Positions 1-9,227 of a DNA stretch of 64,000 nucleotides are shown here, in pieces (positions within the stretch are counted from its first letter, which is position 1; the number at the start of each line of letters is the position of its first letter). A program made the position numbers and the translations under genes. The notes below the pieces were generated by a model, which saw only the letters and a list, made by a program, of their open reading frames with translations, was not told the DNA's origin and searched no databases. Origin of the DNA: Symbiobacterium thermophilum (lineage in GTDB: Bacteria > Bacillota > Sulfobacillia > DYFQ01); NCBI GenBank assembly GCA_020725105.1, contig DYFQ01000004.1, forward strand, positions 3,127-67,126. Direction: 5' to 3'.

Positions 1-85
1 CCACGGTCCTCGCTGTCCTCCCGCCCCTCCTGCTGGCGGCCCTCCTCGGACACCTGACGCACCCCCTTCGCAAGCCGCCGGCGGA

Positions 86-2191
86 TCACGTCCGGCCGTG
101 CCGTGTGTCTTCTACTTCTTGCCCGGAAGGTCCTCCAAGCAGGGAATCTCCGGCCGCCCGCACCAGCGCGTAGGCCAGAAAGCCCGCGCAGGTGGCAAAG
201 GCGGCGCCGGTGCGCACCCGCCCGGTCTCCCGGTCGAAGGCCTCGCAGGCCAGGCCGCCGTCGAGCCCGCCGGCCCGGCCCAGGTCCCGCAGGGTGGCCA
301 GCGCGGCCTGGCGCCGCTCGGGGACGCCGCAGAGCAAGCTGTTGAACAGGCCCATGACGAACGGGTGCGTTGAGTGGGGGCAGCCCACCTCCGGAAAGCG
401 CCCCTGGTAAGCATACGGGTTGTGCTCGGAATGGACCCAGCGCACGGTGTTGAGAAACGTGGGGTCGTCGGGAGAACAGAAGCCGTAGTACGCCAGCAAC
501 TGCAGGCTCCCCGGCGGCTCGTCGTAGACCTTGTGGGCGCCCTCGAGGTCCGTGGACCAGGCAAACATGGGGCCGAACGGACCCTCGACCACCAGGTGCT
601 CCCGGACGGCGGCCCGCACCGCCTCGGCCAGGCGTCTGGCCTGGCTGGCCGCCTCCTCCGCGGGGCCCGCCAGCCGCGGCTGGCCCTCGGACCTCAGCCG
701 CTCCGCCAGGCCCGCTTTGACCCGGGCGTAGATCTCGAGCGCCCGGCACACGAGGGCGTTGTCGTAGGTCAGGTACGGGTAGGTGGCCGGGTCGTCGGAC
801 GGGTAGAGGAAGGTGTCAAAGAGCGGCACCGACGGGTGCCGGTGGGCCAGCAGCTCGGTCCAGAACCGGTCCAACCCCTCCCGGACGGCCGGCACGTCAA
901 GCACGCTCTGGTCGCCCGTCGCGTCGAGGTAGCGGCCGAGGGCCACGGGATAGGCGCAGAGTTCGTCGAGCTCGAAGCCGGGATAGAGCACGCTCCCGTC
1001 CACGTACAGGCTGTGGATGCCCGGGTTGCGCCCGTAGCGGGAAAAGGCCGTCACCAGCGCCTCCCGGGCCAGCGCCCGGTCCACCAGGAGCAGGGCCGGG
1101 AAGCTCCATAGCAGGGCGTCGCGGGCCCAGAAGGCGGCGCTCACGTAATACCGCGGGCTCCGGGAGGTGACCAGCACCAGGTCCTCGGTGTCGATGGCGC
1201 GGCCGGTCGCGTAGAAGTGGTTGAAGTACAGGTTGCGCCGGGCCAGGCTGGCCAGGGTGGCGTCCCGGAGCGGCACCGGGCGGGCGGAAAGCCAGCCCAG
1301 CGCCTGCTCGGCCAGGACGTCCGCCCCGCGCCGGAGGAGGTCCACGGCGGTGGTGCGCGCCCCGTCGCCCTCCCGGTTGACCCCGCCGTAAACGGCGACC
1401 TGGGCCTCCCCGCCGCGCGCGAGGCGGAATTCCCGCCCGATCCGGTAGTACAGGGCCCGCCCTACCCCCCACCACTGAAGCTCGGGCGTGTCCTCGGCCG
1501 GCCGTCGTTCGCCGGGCTCCGCCAGGTCCCAGCCGGTCGTTCCGCCGGGCAGCGCCAGAGCCAGGGCCAGCAGCGCCACCCCCGGCCGCGCCTCCAGCAC
1601 CGGCCCGCTGCACCAGCGGTCGAACCGGACGGCGTGGTGCCCCGGCACCGGGCGAGAGGTATACACCGTCTGGTGCGAGCGGTACCACCAGCCCTCGACG
1701 CCCAGAGAAACCGTGGCCTCGCCCCCGCCGCCCGAGCGGGCGACCCTGAGGTCCACCACGAACCCCTTGTGCCCGGGCGGCGTCACCAGCCGGCCTGCCA
1801 GGCGGAGGCCGCGCTCCGGGAGGTCGGCGGTGAAAGCGGGGATCCACTCCTCAAGCAGCCGCCACCGGAGGCGGCCGGCCAGTTCCACCCGGTCGCCCTC
1901 CAGGCTCAACCAGGGGCGGAGCAGGGGCGCCTCGGGCGTGCCCGCCAGTTCCACGAGGCTCACCGTGCCCAGGTGCAGGGCGCCCAGGCGTTCCACGCCC
2001 GCGTCGGCCGGCCGGATGACCGGCAGGCTGACCCACTCGTTGCCGGTGCACAGCACCCCGGCGTCGTCGTCCCCCACATCGTCGGGGACCGTCAGCCAGC
2101 GGCCCTCGTCCTCCCTGACCTCGCCCGCGGCGCCCACCGGCCCGGGACGTGCCGCCTGGTCCGACGAACGAAGCACGGCGTCTTTTCTCAT
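86..2191 (-). CDS. Six-hairpin glycoside hydrolase (GDE_C / GH63 / GH15-like amylo-alpha-1,6-glucosidase-type catalytic domain with N-terminal beta-sandwich)
   Basis: 701-aa ORF. The C-terminal half has (alpha/alpha)6-type motifs (NHFYATGRAIDTEDL, SPRYYVSAAFWARDALLW, YDNALVCRALEIY). Its start overlaps the ldcA stop in ATGA fashion (2188-2191). GH family assignment is tentative. Confidence 0.6.
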   Translation of the reverse strand: MRKDAVLRSSDQAARPGPVGAAGEVREDEGRWLTVPDDVGDDDAGVLCTGNEWVSLPVIRPADAGVERLGALHLGTVSLVELAGTPEAPLLRPWLSLEGDRVELAGRLRWRLLEEWIPAFTADLPERGLRLAGRLVTPPGHKGFVVDLRVARSGGGGEATVSLGVEGWWYRSHQTVYTSRPVPGHHAVRFDRWCSGPVLEARPGVALLALALALPGGTTGWDLAEPGERRPAEDTPELQWWGVGRALYYRIGREFRLARGGEAQVAVYGGVNREGDGARTTAVDLLRRGADVLAEQALGWLSARPVPLRDATLASLARRNLYFNHFYATGRAIDTEDLVLVTSRSPRYYVSAAFWARDALLWSFPALLLVDRALAREALVTAFSRYGRNPGIHSLYVDGSVLYPGFELDELCAYPVALGRYLDATGDQSVLDVPAVREGLDRFWTELLAHRHPSVPLFDTFLYPSDDPATYPYLTYDNALVCRALEIYARVKAGLAERLRSEGQPRLAGPAEEAASQARRLAEAVRAAVREHLVVEGPFGPMFAWSTDLEGAHKVYDEPPGSLQLLAYYGFCSPDDPTFLNTVRWVHSEHNPYAYQGRFPEVGCPHSTHPFVMGLFNSLLCGVPERRQAALATLRDLGRAGGLDGGLACEAFDRETGRVRTGAAFATCAGFLAYALVRAAGDSLLGGPSGQEVEDTRHGRT

Positions 2192-3153
2192 CGGGTAGCG
2201 GTCTCCTCGATTACCAGGCGGCCGGCGCCGGCGTCAAGACTCGCCATGACGCCGATGGGCAGGGTGGCGATGTGCTTGCCGTGGCCGATGGTGAGGCCCA
2301 TGAGCGTCGGGATGCCGAGCGGCCTGATCAGTTCGTCGACGACGTCCTCCAGTGACAGATTACTGAAGAAGGCCGGGTGATGGGGCCTGGGCACGCAGTC
2401 GACACACTCGCCGATGATGATGCCCGCCGCCCGTTGCAGTTTCCCGGCCAGCAAGAGGTGGGTCAGCATGGCGTCCATCCGGTAGGGCTCCTCGCCCACG
2501 TCCTCGATGAACAGGAGCCTGCCGTCGGTCTCGACCTCGTAGGGCGTGCCCAGAGTCTGAACGATCAGGCTCAGGCAGCCGCCGGTGAGCCGGCCGTGGG
2601 CCTGACCCGGGACCACCGTCTCCAGCCACGGGCCGTCCGGCGCCTGGCGCACCTCGCCCACCGGGGCGTCCCCGGCGATGGCCCGCAGCAGGTATTCGCG
2701 CTTGTATTCGGTCAGGTCCCGCTCGTTGTAGCCAGCCACGCCGGGGCCGTAGAAGGTCACGAGCCCCGTCTGACGGTGGATGGCCAGGTGCAACGAGGTG
2801 ATGTCGGAGAAGCCCACCAGGAGCTTGGGATCGGCGCGAAGGGCGTCGTAATCCAGGTGCGGCAAGAGCCTGCCGGAACCGTAGCCGCCCCGGGTGACGA
2901 AGACGGCCCTGACTTCCGGGTCGCGGAACATGGCGTTCAGGTCCGCGGCCCGCGCCGCGTCCTCCCCGGCCAGGTAACCGTGACGGGAAAAGGCGTGCTG
3001 GCCCACGCGAACCCGGTAGCCCCAGGACTCCAGGGTCCGGATGCCCCGGCGGACGTCGGAGCGGTTGTAGACCGGGCTGGCGGGCGCCACGACCCCCACC
3101 ACGTCGCCCGGCGCCAGGCGCGGCGGCTTGACCACCGGCTGAGTGACCGGCAT
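2188..3153 (-). CDS. ldcA: LD-carboxypeptidase (peptidase S66, muramoyltetrapeptide carboxypeptidase)
   Basis: The S66 domain starts at MPVTQPVVKPPRLAPGDVVGVVAPAS and the GFSDITSLH nucleophile motif is present. ATG at 3153 is preceded by GGAGGAGG. The upstream 200 aa of the tracked ORF is low-complexity and was excluded. Confidence 0.85.
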   Translation of the reverse strand: MPVTQPVVKPPRLAPGDVVGVVAPASPVYNRSDVRRGIRTLESWGYRVRVGQHAFSRHGYLAGEDAARAADLNAMFRDPEVRAVFVTRGGYGSGRLLPHLDYDALRADPKLLVGFSDITSLHLAIHRQTGLVTFYGPGVAGYNERDLTEYKREYLLRAIAGDAPVGEVRQAPDGPWLETVVPGQAHGRLTGGCLSLIVQTLGTPYEVETDGRLLFIEDVGEEPYRMDAMLTHLLLAGKLQRAAGIIIGECVDCVPRPHHPAFFSNLSLEDVVDELIRPLGIPTLMGLTIGHGKHIATLPIGVMASLDAGAGRLVIEETATR

Positions 3154-3329
3154 GGTCGACCTCCTCCGCTGAAACGTAGGGTGCCGCGTTCGGCCCACGC
3201 TACCGTTCCTCCCGTCCCGGTCAATACCTGCCACCTCCGGCCGCCGCATGAGCTTCCGGCGCCAGGGCATCATCTTCAAGGGAGGGACCCACTCTACGAG
3301 GAACGGAAAGAGGAAGGTGGTGAGCACGC

Positions 3330-3662
3330 GTGCCAGGTGACGCGCCCAAGCAGCCGCGGCCGCCAGCCAGGCGGAGACAGGCCGCCGGTCCCAGCCTTCC
3401 CGCGGAGGCCAGGAATCCCGGCGGCAACATTGAAGGGTGGCGCGGCGACCGGGAAGCCCGCCGCGAGCCGCTGGTCCCCGAGGCAGAGCAAGAGCTTGAC
3501 CGGTTGAAGGAAGAGGTTGCCGAAGATGTGGGACTGGACGACGACATCCGCCGGCGCGGCGGGGAGAACCTGAAGGCCCGCGAGGCGGGAAAGATCGGCG
3601 GGGAGATGGTCCGGCGCATGGTCCGCCGGGCCGAGGAGGACATGGCCGACCGGGACCGGTAG
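3330..3662 (+). CDS. Small acid-soluble spore protein, alpha/beta type
   Basis: The C-terminal 60 aa (LVPEAEQELDRLKEEVAEDVGL...KIGGEMVRRMVRRAEE) matches the two conserved SASP alpha/beta DNA-binding helices (EIAxEfGV and GGeiTKRLV). GTG start with GGAAAGAGGAAGG RBS. The N-terminal extension is unusual, so the start is uncertain. Confidence 0.8.
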   Translation: MPGDAPKQPRPPARRRQAAGPSLPAEARNPGGNIEGWRGDREARREPLVPEAEQELDRLKEEVAEDVGLDDDIRRRGGENLKAREAGKIGGEMVRRMVRRAEEDMADRDR

Positions 3663-3706
3663 CCCCGCCAGAGGCGTCAGGTTCCGGGGTGGCTACAGTG
3701 CGTGGG

Positions 3707-3736
3707 GGGCTCCGGCAGCATACGCAGCCGGAGCCC
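3707..3736. terminator. Putative intrinsic terminator hairpin between convergent SASP and protease genes
   Basis: Perfect 10-bp stem GGGCTCCGGC/GCCGGAGCCC with a 10-nt loop, followed by a weak T-containing tract (CTCTTGCTTC). The U-tract is poor, as is common in high-GC genomes. Confidence 0.35.
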
Positions 3737-3771
3737 GCGCTTGCCGGCCCCCTCTTGCTTCGCGGGCGCAC

Positions 3772-4605
3772 CTACCACCAGGCCCGCCGGAAGTCGGGAA
3801 CCGGAGTTTCCACCGGCACGTACTGGACCGAAGGGCGCCTGCCCGTGGGCTGGGGAAACAGTTCCATCAGTTCATAGACCTGCCGGGGCAGCCCCCCTCT
3901 GGCCGGCAAACCCAGGGCCTGGAGCTGTTCAAGGCCGATGGGGTAGTCGTGGGTCCAGCGCCCGCCGGTGAGTTCCTCGGCCACCCGGTCGGCCTCGGCC
4001 TCGGGGAGCTTGTCGGCCAGGATGTCGCGCACCGTCTCACGCATCTGGTACAGCGCCTTCTCGGCCACGTCGGCCAGGACCAGGGTCTTGTCGTCCACCC
4101 GGTCCTTGTTCTTCCGCTCCACGGCCCGGAGGATGGAGACGGCGGGCAGGCCGCCGATCTGCGGGTCGATGGGGCCCAGCACGGCGTTTTCGTCCATCAG
4201 GATCTCGTCGGCCGCCAGGGCGATGAGGGTCCCGCCGGACATGGCGTAGTGTGGCACGATCACCGTCACCCTGGCCGGGTGCTTGCGGACCGCCCGGGCG
4301 ATCTGGTCAGCCGCCAGCACCAGGCCGCCGGGCGTGTGGAGGATGAGATCGATGGGCATCTCCGGCGGCGTGAGCCGGATGGCCCGCAAGACCTGTTCGG
4401 AGTCTTCGATATTGATGAAGCGGGCCAGCGGAATGCCGAGAAAACTCAGGGCCTCCTGGCGGTGGATGAGGCTGATGACCCGGGTGCCCCGGCGGGCCTG
4501 CAACCCGACAATGGCCCTCAGGCGGGCCCGTTCTATCTGGCGCATGCGCCAGATGGGCAACACGACGGCCCAGAGGATGAAGGCGATCCAGATCAGCGAC
4601 TGCAC
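3772..4605 (-). CDS. Membrane-anchored ClpP-class serine protease (SDH / S49 family, SppA-like)
   Basis: N-terminal TM helix (IWIAFILWAVVLPIW) followed by a ClpP/crotonase-fold region (ILHTPGGLVLAADQIARAV, SGGTLIALAADEILM). Confidence 0.7.
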   Translation of the reverse strand: MQSLIWIAFILWAVVLPIWRMRQIERARLRAIVGLQARRGTRVISLIHRQEALSFLGIPLARFINIEDSEQVLRAIRLTPPEMPIDLILHTPGGLVLAADQIARAVRKHPARVTVIVPHYAMSGGTLIALAADEILMDENAVLGPIDPQIGGLPAVSILRAVERKNKDRVDDKTLVLADVAEKALYQMRETVRDILADKLPEAEADRVAEELTGGRWTHDYPIGLEQLQALGLPARGGLPRQVYELMELFPQPTGRRPSVQYVPVETPVPDFRRAWW

Positions 4606-4800
4606 CGGCGAGTCTCCCTTCGCCCGCAGCCCTTAGCATGCGGCCGGCGGCACCACTTCATCCGGCGCCGCACCTCGGGCACCTCGGGAACGACCAGGTC
4701 TCGCCAGCAGGGCTCACGGCCGCCCGGGATCAAGGCCGGTCAGAATAGGAGCCTGGGCCGGGTGGCAGCCTATGGAAGCCCGCCGGAAGGAGGCGCTGCC

Positions 4801-5862
4801 TTGGCCCGTCAGCCAACCCATGCCGACCTGGAACCCACCGTGCGACGCCTGGCCGGCCAGGTGTCGGACCGGCTGGAACGCTGGCTTGGCCGGTCTCCGG
4901 GTCTGGCCGGCGGCAAGCGCCTGCGGGGCGTCCTGACGCTCATGGTGGCGGAGGCGCTGGGCGGTGACCCGGAAGCCGCCCTGGAATCCGCCGCGGCGGT
5001 AGAACTGATTCACACCGGGACGCTGCTCCAGGACGACTGGCTCGACGGCGACGTCCTCCGCCGGGGAGGAGTGCCCGTCTACATTCTCGACGGCCCCCGG
5101 CGAGCCGTGCTCACCGCCGACCGTTACTTCGCCGCCGCCGTCCGCCGGGCCGCCGTCCACGGTCCGGCCCACGCCGCGGAACTGGCGGCGGCCCTCGAGG
5201 AGATGGTCCAGGGGGTCCTCCGCGAGGACCTGCCGGGACTGTTGCGCCGCGGCTGGGCGCGGGGCCTCCCGGCCGGCGAGTACCGGGCCATCATCGATGG
5301 CAAGACCGCCCGGCTGTTTGTCAGCGCGGCGAGGCTCGGAGGCATGACCGCCGGCGCCGGCCCGGCCGTGCTGGCCGCCCTGTCCCGCTACGGGCGCCAC
5401 CTGGGGCGGGCCTACCAGCTTACCGACGACCGGCTGGACCTGGAAGCCCTCGACCCGGCCGACCTGCACTGGCCCCGCCTGGCCGGCGCGGCCGCGGCCC
5501 TGCTTTACTTCGCCCCCGACGTACTGCGCCGGGCGCTGGAAGCCTGGTTCGCCGGCGCCGGGCCGGGAGGCCAAAGCGCGGGGGGCGAAACGGAAGGCTG
5601 GTTCACGCTGGAACTCAGCCGCCGGGTAGGCGCGGCCATCGACCGGGAGGTCGAACGGGGGATCCAGGGATGCAGGCGCAGCCTGGCGGGCCTGCCGCTC
5701 TCCGCCCGCGACCGCGCGCTCCTGGCGGCCTTCCCCGCCTACTGCGTGGCGGCCTTGCGGGCCGAAGCGGGCGCGCCCGCGGGTATGGCGCGGAAGGGGT
5801 CCACTCGAACCCGGGGAAGTCGCCGGAAGGACCGCAAGAACCAGGACACCAGCTCGCGGTAG
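4801..5862 (+). CDS. Polyprenyl diphosphate synthase (trans-isoprenyl diphosphate synthase family)
   Basis: First DDxxD-like motif in LIHTGTLLQDDWLD, then GKTARLF, then second DDxxD motif YQLTDDRLD. TTG start at 4801 with GGAAGGAGG RBS. The 5' part of tracked ORF 3949..5862 is antisense to the protease gene and was excluded. Confidence 0.75.
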   Translation: MARQPTHADLEPTVRRLAGQVSDRLERWLGRSPGLAGGKRLRGVLTLMVAEALGGDPEAALESAAAVELIHTGTLLQDDWLDGDVLRRGGVPVYILDGPRRAVLTADRYFAAAVRRAAVHGPAHAAELAAALEEMVQGVLREDLPGLLRRGWARGLPAGEYRAIIDGKTARLFVSAARLGGMTAGAGPAVLAALSRYGRHLGRAYQLTDDRLDLEALDPADLHWPRLAGAAAALLYFAPDVLRRALEAWFAGAGPGGQSAGGETEGWFTLELSRRVGAAIDREVERGIQGCRRSLAGLPLSARDRALLAAFPAYCVAALRAEAGAPAGMARKGSTRTRGSRRKDRKNQDTSSR

Positions 5863-6983
5863 CTCACCTCTCCGGTGAGAATCCCGAGCATCCGGCGAAA
5901 TGGCTCGGGACCCCCGAAGAACCTGGAAAAGAGCGCCTGCGGCGCCACCAGAAAGAGCCCGGCCAGTACGAGCGCCCAGCGCATCTCGCTTTCGAACTCC
6001 GCCGCGCAGCGGCGCCGGTAGGCGGCAAGGCCCCGCGTGTCCGGGACCCGGTCTTCGCCGAGGCAGGCGGCGACGGTCTCCGCGGCCAGGGCGCCCGAGC
6101 GGATGGCGTACCTGATGCCCTCGCCGGTGAAGGGGTCCACGAAGCCGGCGGCGTCGCCGCACAGGAGCAGCCTGTCCCCGGCGACCCGGCGGGGAAAGCC
6201 GCCGAGGGGGATGTGGTGGCCCCGGGGCCGCGGGCCCTCTGATTCCTCCAGCTTGGCGTCGCGAACCAGGCTACGGAAGGCCACCCCGGGTTGCGGGAAA
6301 CGGCACTTCAGCCCACCGACGCCCACCGTCAGGCGGCCGGCCTTCGGGAAGACCCAGCCGTAGCCGAGCCTGACGTGGCCAAAATACAGTTCCACGCCGT
6401 CCGGGAAACGGCCGGCCGCGTCGGGGTGGGGAAAGTCGGCCTCCAGGCAGAAGGCCGTGGTCCACGGCGACCAGCCCGGCCGGAGGCAAGCCGCGGTGAC
6501 GCCGTTGTAGCCGTCGGCGCCCATCACCACCCGCGCCGAAAAGCTCGACTGACGGGTGTGGACCAGAGCGCCACGGGGTTCCGTCTCGATCCTGACAACC
6601 CGCTCGCCCGCCACGACGCGGGCGCCCTCCGCCTCGGCCGCCTGCAACAGCGCCAGGTCGAACCGGGCCCTTGACACCTGGACCATGAACCGCCCGGGCA
6701 GCTTCACCCGGACCTCACGGTCGCCCAGAACGGCGCGGAGTTCCGAGGCGCCCGCCTCGAAGACCCCGGGCGGCAGGCGGACGGCCAGCCGGTCGAGAAG
6801 CTCCAGGCAGGCCCGGGTCACTCCGCCGCCACAGAGCTTGTCCCGGGGCAGCCCCTTCGCCTCCAGCACCAGGACCTTGAGGCCCAGGCGGGCGGCCGTG
6901 AGGGCCGCCGACGATCCGGCCGGGCCACCCCCGACCACCACCACGTCATACGCGGGCCGCGGGCCGCCCGCCTCCGGACGCAT
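5739..6983 (-). CDS. Geranylgeranyl reductase family FAD-dependent oxidoreductase (MenJ / ChlP-like)
   Basis: YDVVVVGGGPAGSSAALTAARLGLKVLVLE Rossmann motif with CGGG, and GDAAGFVDPFTGEGI. Start chosen at the second ATG (GGGGGG then a 6-nt spacer). Alternatives are 6989 and 7028. Confidence 0.8.
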   Translation of the reverse strand: MRPEAGGPRPAYDVVVVGGGPAGSSAALTAARLGLKVLVLEAKGLPRDKLCGGGVTRACLELLDRLAVRLPPGVFEAGASELRAVLGDREVRVKLPGRFMVQVSRARFDLALLQAAEAEGARVVAGERVVRIETEPRGALVHTRQSSFSARVVMGADGYNGVTAACLRPGWSPWTTAFCLEADFPHPDAAGRFPDGVELYFGHVRLGYGWVFPKAGRLTVGVGGLKCRFPQPGVAFRSLVRDAKLEESEGPRPRGHHIPLGGFPRRVAGDRLLLCGDAAGFVDPFTGEGIRYAIRSGALAAETVAACLGEDRVPDTRGLAAYRRRCAAEFESEMRWALVLAGLFLVAPQALFSRFFGGPEPFRRMLGILTGEVSYRELVSWFLRSFRRLPRVRVDPFRAIPAGAPASARKAATQ

Positions 6984-7145
6984 GGCCATCCCCCCGGCGC
7001 TAGGCTTCCCGCTCCCCTGGTGGCCCATGCCGCGGGTGCTTCCGGTATCACGGTTCGGGTGTCACGCCCCGGGCGGGTCCGCCTTCGGGTCGGGCCTGTC
7101 CGACCACCCCGGCCACAAGGTGGCCGCCCGCCAGGCCGGCGGACC

Positions 7146-8546
7146 TCACGGACGACCTGGCGCAGGCGCTAGCGTGAGTTCCCGGGCGACGCGGTCCACG
7201 TCGCCGGCCCCCACCGTCAGCACCAGGTCGCCGGGGCGGACCTCCCGGCGCAGGAGCGTCACCACGTCGTCCAGGGCGGGAACGTGGCGCGCGGTACTCG
7301 GTGCCCGGGCGTTGATTTCCCGGGCCAGGTCGGCCGAACTGATGTCGCCCGGGTCCTCCTCGCGGGACGGATAGATGTCGGGCAGCACCACCAGGTCGGC
7401 GGCGGCCAGTTCCTCGGCAAACTTGTCCAGCAGGGCCTTGGTCCGGCTGAACAGGTGGGGCTGGAACACGCACCACAGCCGGTCCGGGTTGAACCGGCGG
7501 GCGGCTTCAAGAGTCACCCTGATGGCCGCCGGGTGGTGGGCGTAGTCGTCGTATACCGGCGCGCCGTTCACCGAGCCGACCAGTTCGAACCGGCGACGGA
7601 CGCCCCGGAACTCGCTCACCGCCTCCAGCGCCGCCGGCCCGGAGACACCCAGCCTGGAACAGGCGGCCAGCGCGGCGAGGGCGTTTGACACGTGGTGGCG
7701 GCCGGGGAGCGAAAGTCGGACCCGGCCAGCCTGGGCGCCGTCCACCTCCAGCGTGAACTCGGGGTAAGGGGCATGCTCCACGTAGCGGACGTCCCGCGCC
7801 CGCCAGCGGGCCCCCCCGGCGAGTCCGTAGGTGATGACCTCGGCCCGGACGTCGCCCGCGCCGATCACCTCCCGGACCCGGGGGTCGTCGGCGTTCGCCA
7901 CCAGCGCCCCTTCGGGTGGCACCAGGCAGGCGAACCGGTGGAACGCCCGGACCACGTTGTCCATGGAGTGGAAGTAGTCCAGGTGGTCGTCGTCGATGTT
8001 CAGGATGACGCCCAGGTAGGGTTTGAACCTGAGGAAGGTCTCCGAGTACTCGCAGGCCTCGGTGACCAGCACGTTGCCGCTGCCCAGCCTGACGTTGCCC
8101 CCCAGCGGCTCGACCTCGCCCCCGACGAGGGCGGTGGGGTCCAGCCCCGCCCGGACCAGGGCCAGGGCGATGAGGGCGGTGGTGGTGGTCTTGCCGTGGG
8201 TGCCGGCGACCGCCACGCCGAAACGGGCCTGTTCCATCAGGGTGCCGATCAGCTCGGCCCGGGTCATCACCGGGATCCCCGCGCGGCGGGCGGCGGCCAG
8301 TTCGGGGTTGCTCTCCTTGACGGCGGCGGTGTAGACCACGAGGTCGGCGCCGTTGACGTGCTCCGCGGCGTGGCCCCGGTAAAAGGCCAGCCCCTGGTCG
8401 ACCAGGCGGCGGACAAGGGGCGAGTCCTTCAGGTCCGACCCCGACACCCGGTAGCCGCGGGCCAGCAGGTAAGCGGCCAGGCCGCTCATGCTGATGCCGC
8501 CCACGCCCACGAAGTGCACGTGCTTTACCTTCGGGTGAAGGGTCAT
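7146..8546 (-). CDS. murC: UDP-N-acetylmuramate--L-alanine ligase
   Basis: Mur ligase motifs VHFVGVGGISMSGLA and GTHGKTTTT. Full-length similarity pattern to MurC. Confidence 0.9.
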   Translation of the reverse strand: MTLHPKVKHVHFVGVGGISMSGLAAYLLARGYRVSGSDLKDSPLVRRLVDQGLAFYRGHAAEHVNGADLVVYTAAVKESNPELAAARRAGIPVMTRAELIGTLMEQARFGVAVAGTHGKTTTTALIALALVRAGLDPTALVGGEVEPLGGNVRLGSGNVLVTEACEYSETFLRFKPYLGVILNIDDDHLDYFHSMDNVVRAFHRFACLVPPEGALVANADDPRVREVIGAGDVRAEVITYGLAGGARWRARDVRYVEHAPYPEFTLEVDGAQAGRVRLSLPGRHHVSNALAALAACSRLGVSGPAALEAVSEFRGVRRRFELVGSVNGAPVYDDYAHHPAAIRVTLEAARRFNPDRLWCVFQPHLFSRTKALLDKFAEELAAADLVVLPDIYPSREEDPGDISSADLAREINARAPSTARHVPALDDVVTLLRREVRPGDLVLTVGAGDVDRVARELTLAPAPGRP

Positions 8547-8849
8547 CGCCGCCCTTGACACCTCAGGCCTTCTTCTCATGCGGTATGCGCCCGGCCACGA
8601 CGCCGTGTACGGCGACCCGTTGACGGCATTCGACGCCGGGCAACGGGATCATTCGCCCTGGTTATCATATCACGCCTGGCTGGAAATCATCCCCTCCCCC
8701 TCCGGGGGCAGCCGTTACCCGGCCGGGCGGTAAAGCCCGTCTCCGCCTGGGCCGATATAGACGGCGGAGGCGTTTCGCGGGACGGTGCATCCCGGACCCG
8801 GCGAGCCGTGTATCCTAACGACGCCCCCAGTTCTGGAGGAGGGGTTGGC

Positions 8850-9227
8850 GTGAAGGCGGAGAACCTGCGGTTCGACCGGGAAGGCTGGGTGGAGTACTGG
8901 GACGCCTCGGGCCGGATCTACCGGTTCCCCCTGGACCGCATGGTGGAGATCATCGTCCGGTTCGGCGAGTACGCGGGCACCGCCAGGCAGCGGCGCGATC
9001 CCGGTGTGCCGGACGACTGCGACCTGCCCGCCGACCCCCACGCCGACAAGATCGGCGCCGACGACATCATCGACGGCCACTTCGCCTGTCAGAGTATCCA
9101 ATCGGTGAACGACTTCGTCGAACAGGTGCTGGAGGCCCGCCGGCTGAACAAGGGCCGGGGGGCGTCCCGGCCCTCAGGCGGTCCGCCGCGGCAGCAGCGT
9201 GGCCAGGAGGACCGGAACTTCTCGTAG
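8850..9227 (+). CDS. Hypothetical protein
   Basis: GTG start with GGAGGAGGGG RBS. The peptide is non-repetitive and protein-like (ENLRFDREGWVEYWDASGRIYRF...). No family recognised. Its 3' end overlaps the convergent HAD gene. Confidence 0.35.
   Translation: MKAENLRFDREGWVEYWDASGRIYRFPLDRMVEIIVRFGEYAGTARQRRDPGVPDDCDLPADPHADKIGADDIIDGHFACQSIQSVNDFVEQVLEARRLNKGRGASRPSGGPPRQQRGQEDRNFS

Noticed and set aside
374-2380. Long plus-strand ORFs (374..1111, 1217..2380, 1488..2198) antisense to the glycoside hydrolase gene
   Set aside because: Low-complexity Arg/Pro/Gly-rich translations typical of antisense frames in ~70% GC DNA. The opposite strand encodes a recognisable enzyme.
3949-4800. 5' portion of tracked ORF 3949..5862 (+), plus ORFs 4714..6162 (-), 5670..6242 (+) and 6556..7374 (+)
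   Set aside because: These overlap the protease, polyprenyl synthase and reductase genes in antisense or off frames and have no domain signal. Only the region from TTG 4801 onward is protein-like.
7692-8558. ORFs 7692..8558 (+) and 7284..7688 (+) antisense to murC
   Set aside because: Antisense artefacts. The murC frame has unambiguous Mur ligase motifs.
8579-8807. Intergenic region upstream of murC, considered for a T-box or other leader element
   Set aside because: No specifier-loop or T-box consensus (AGGGUGGNACCGCG) recognisable. The region is too short and GC-rich to call by eye.
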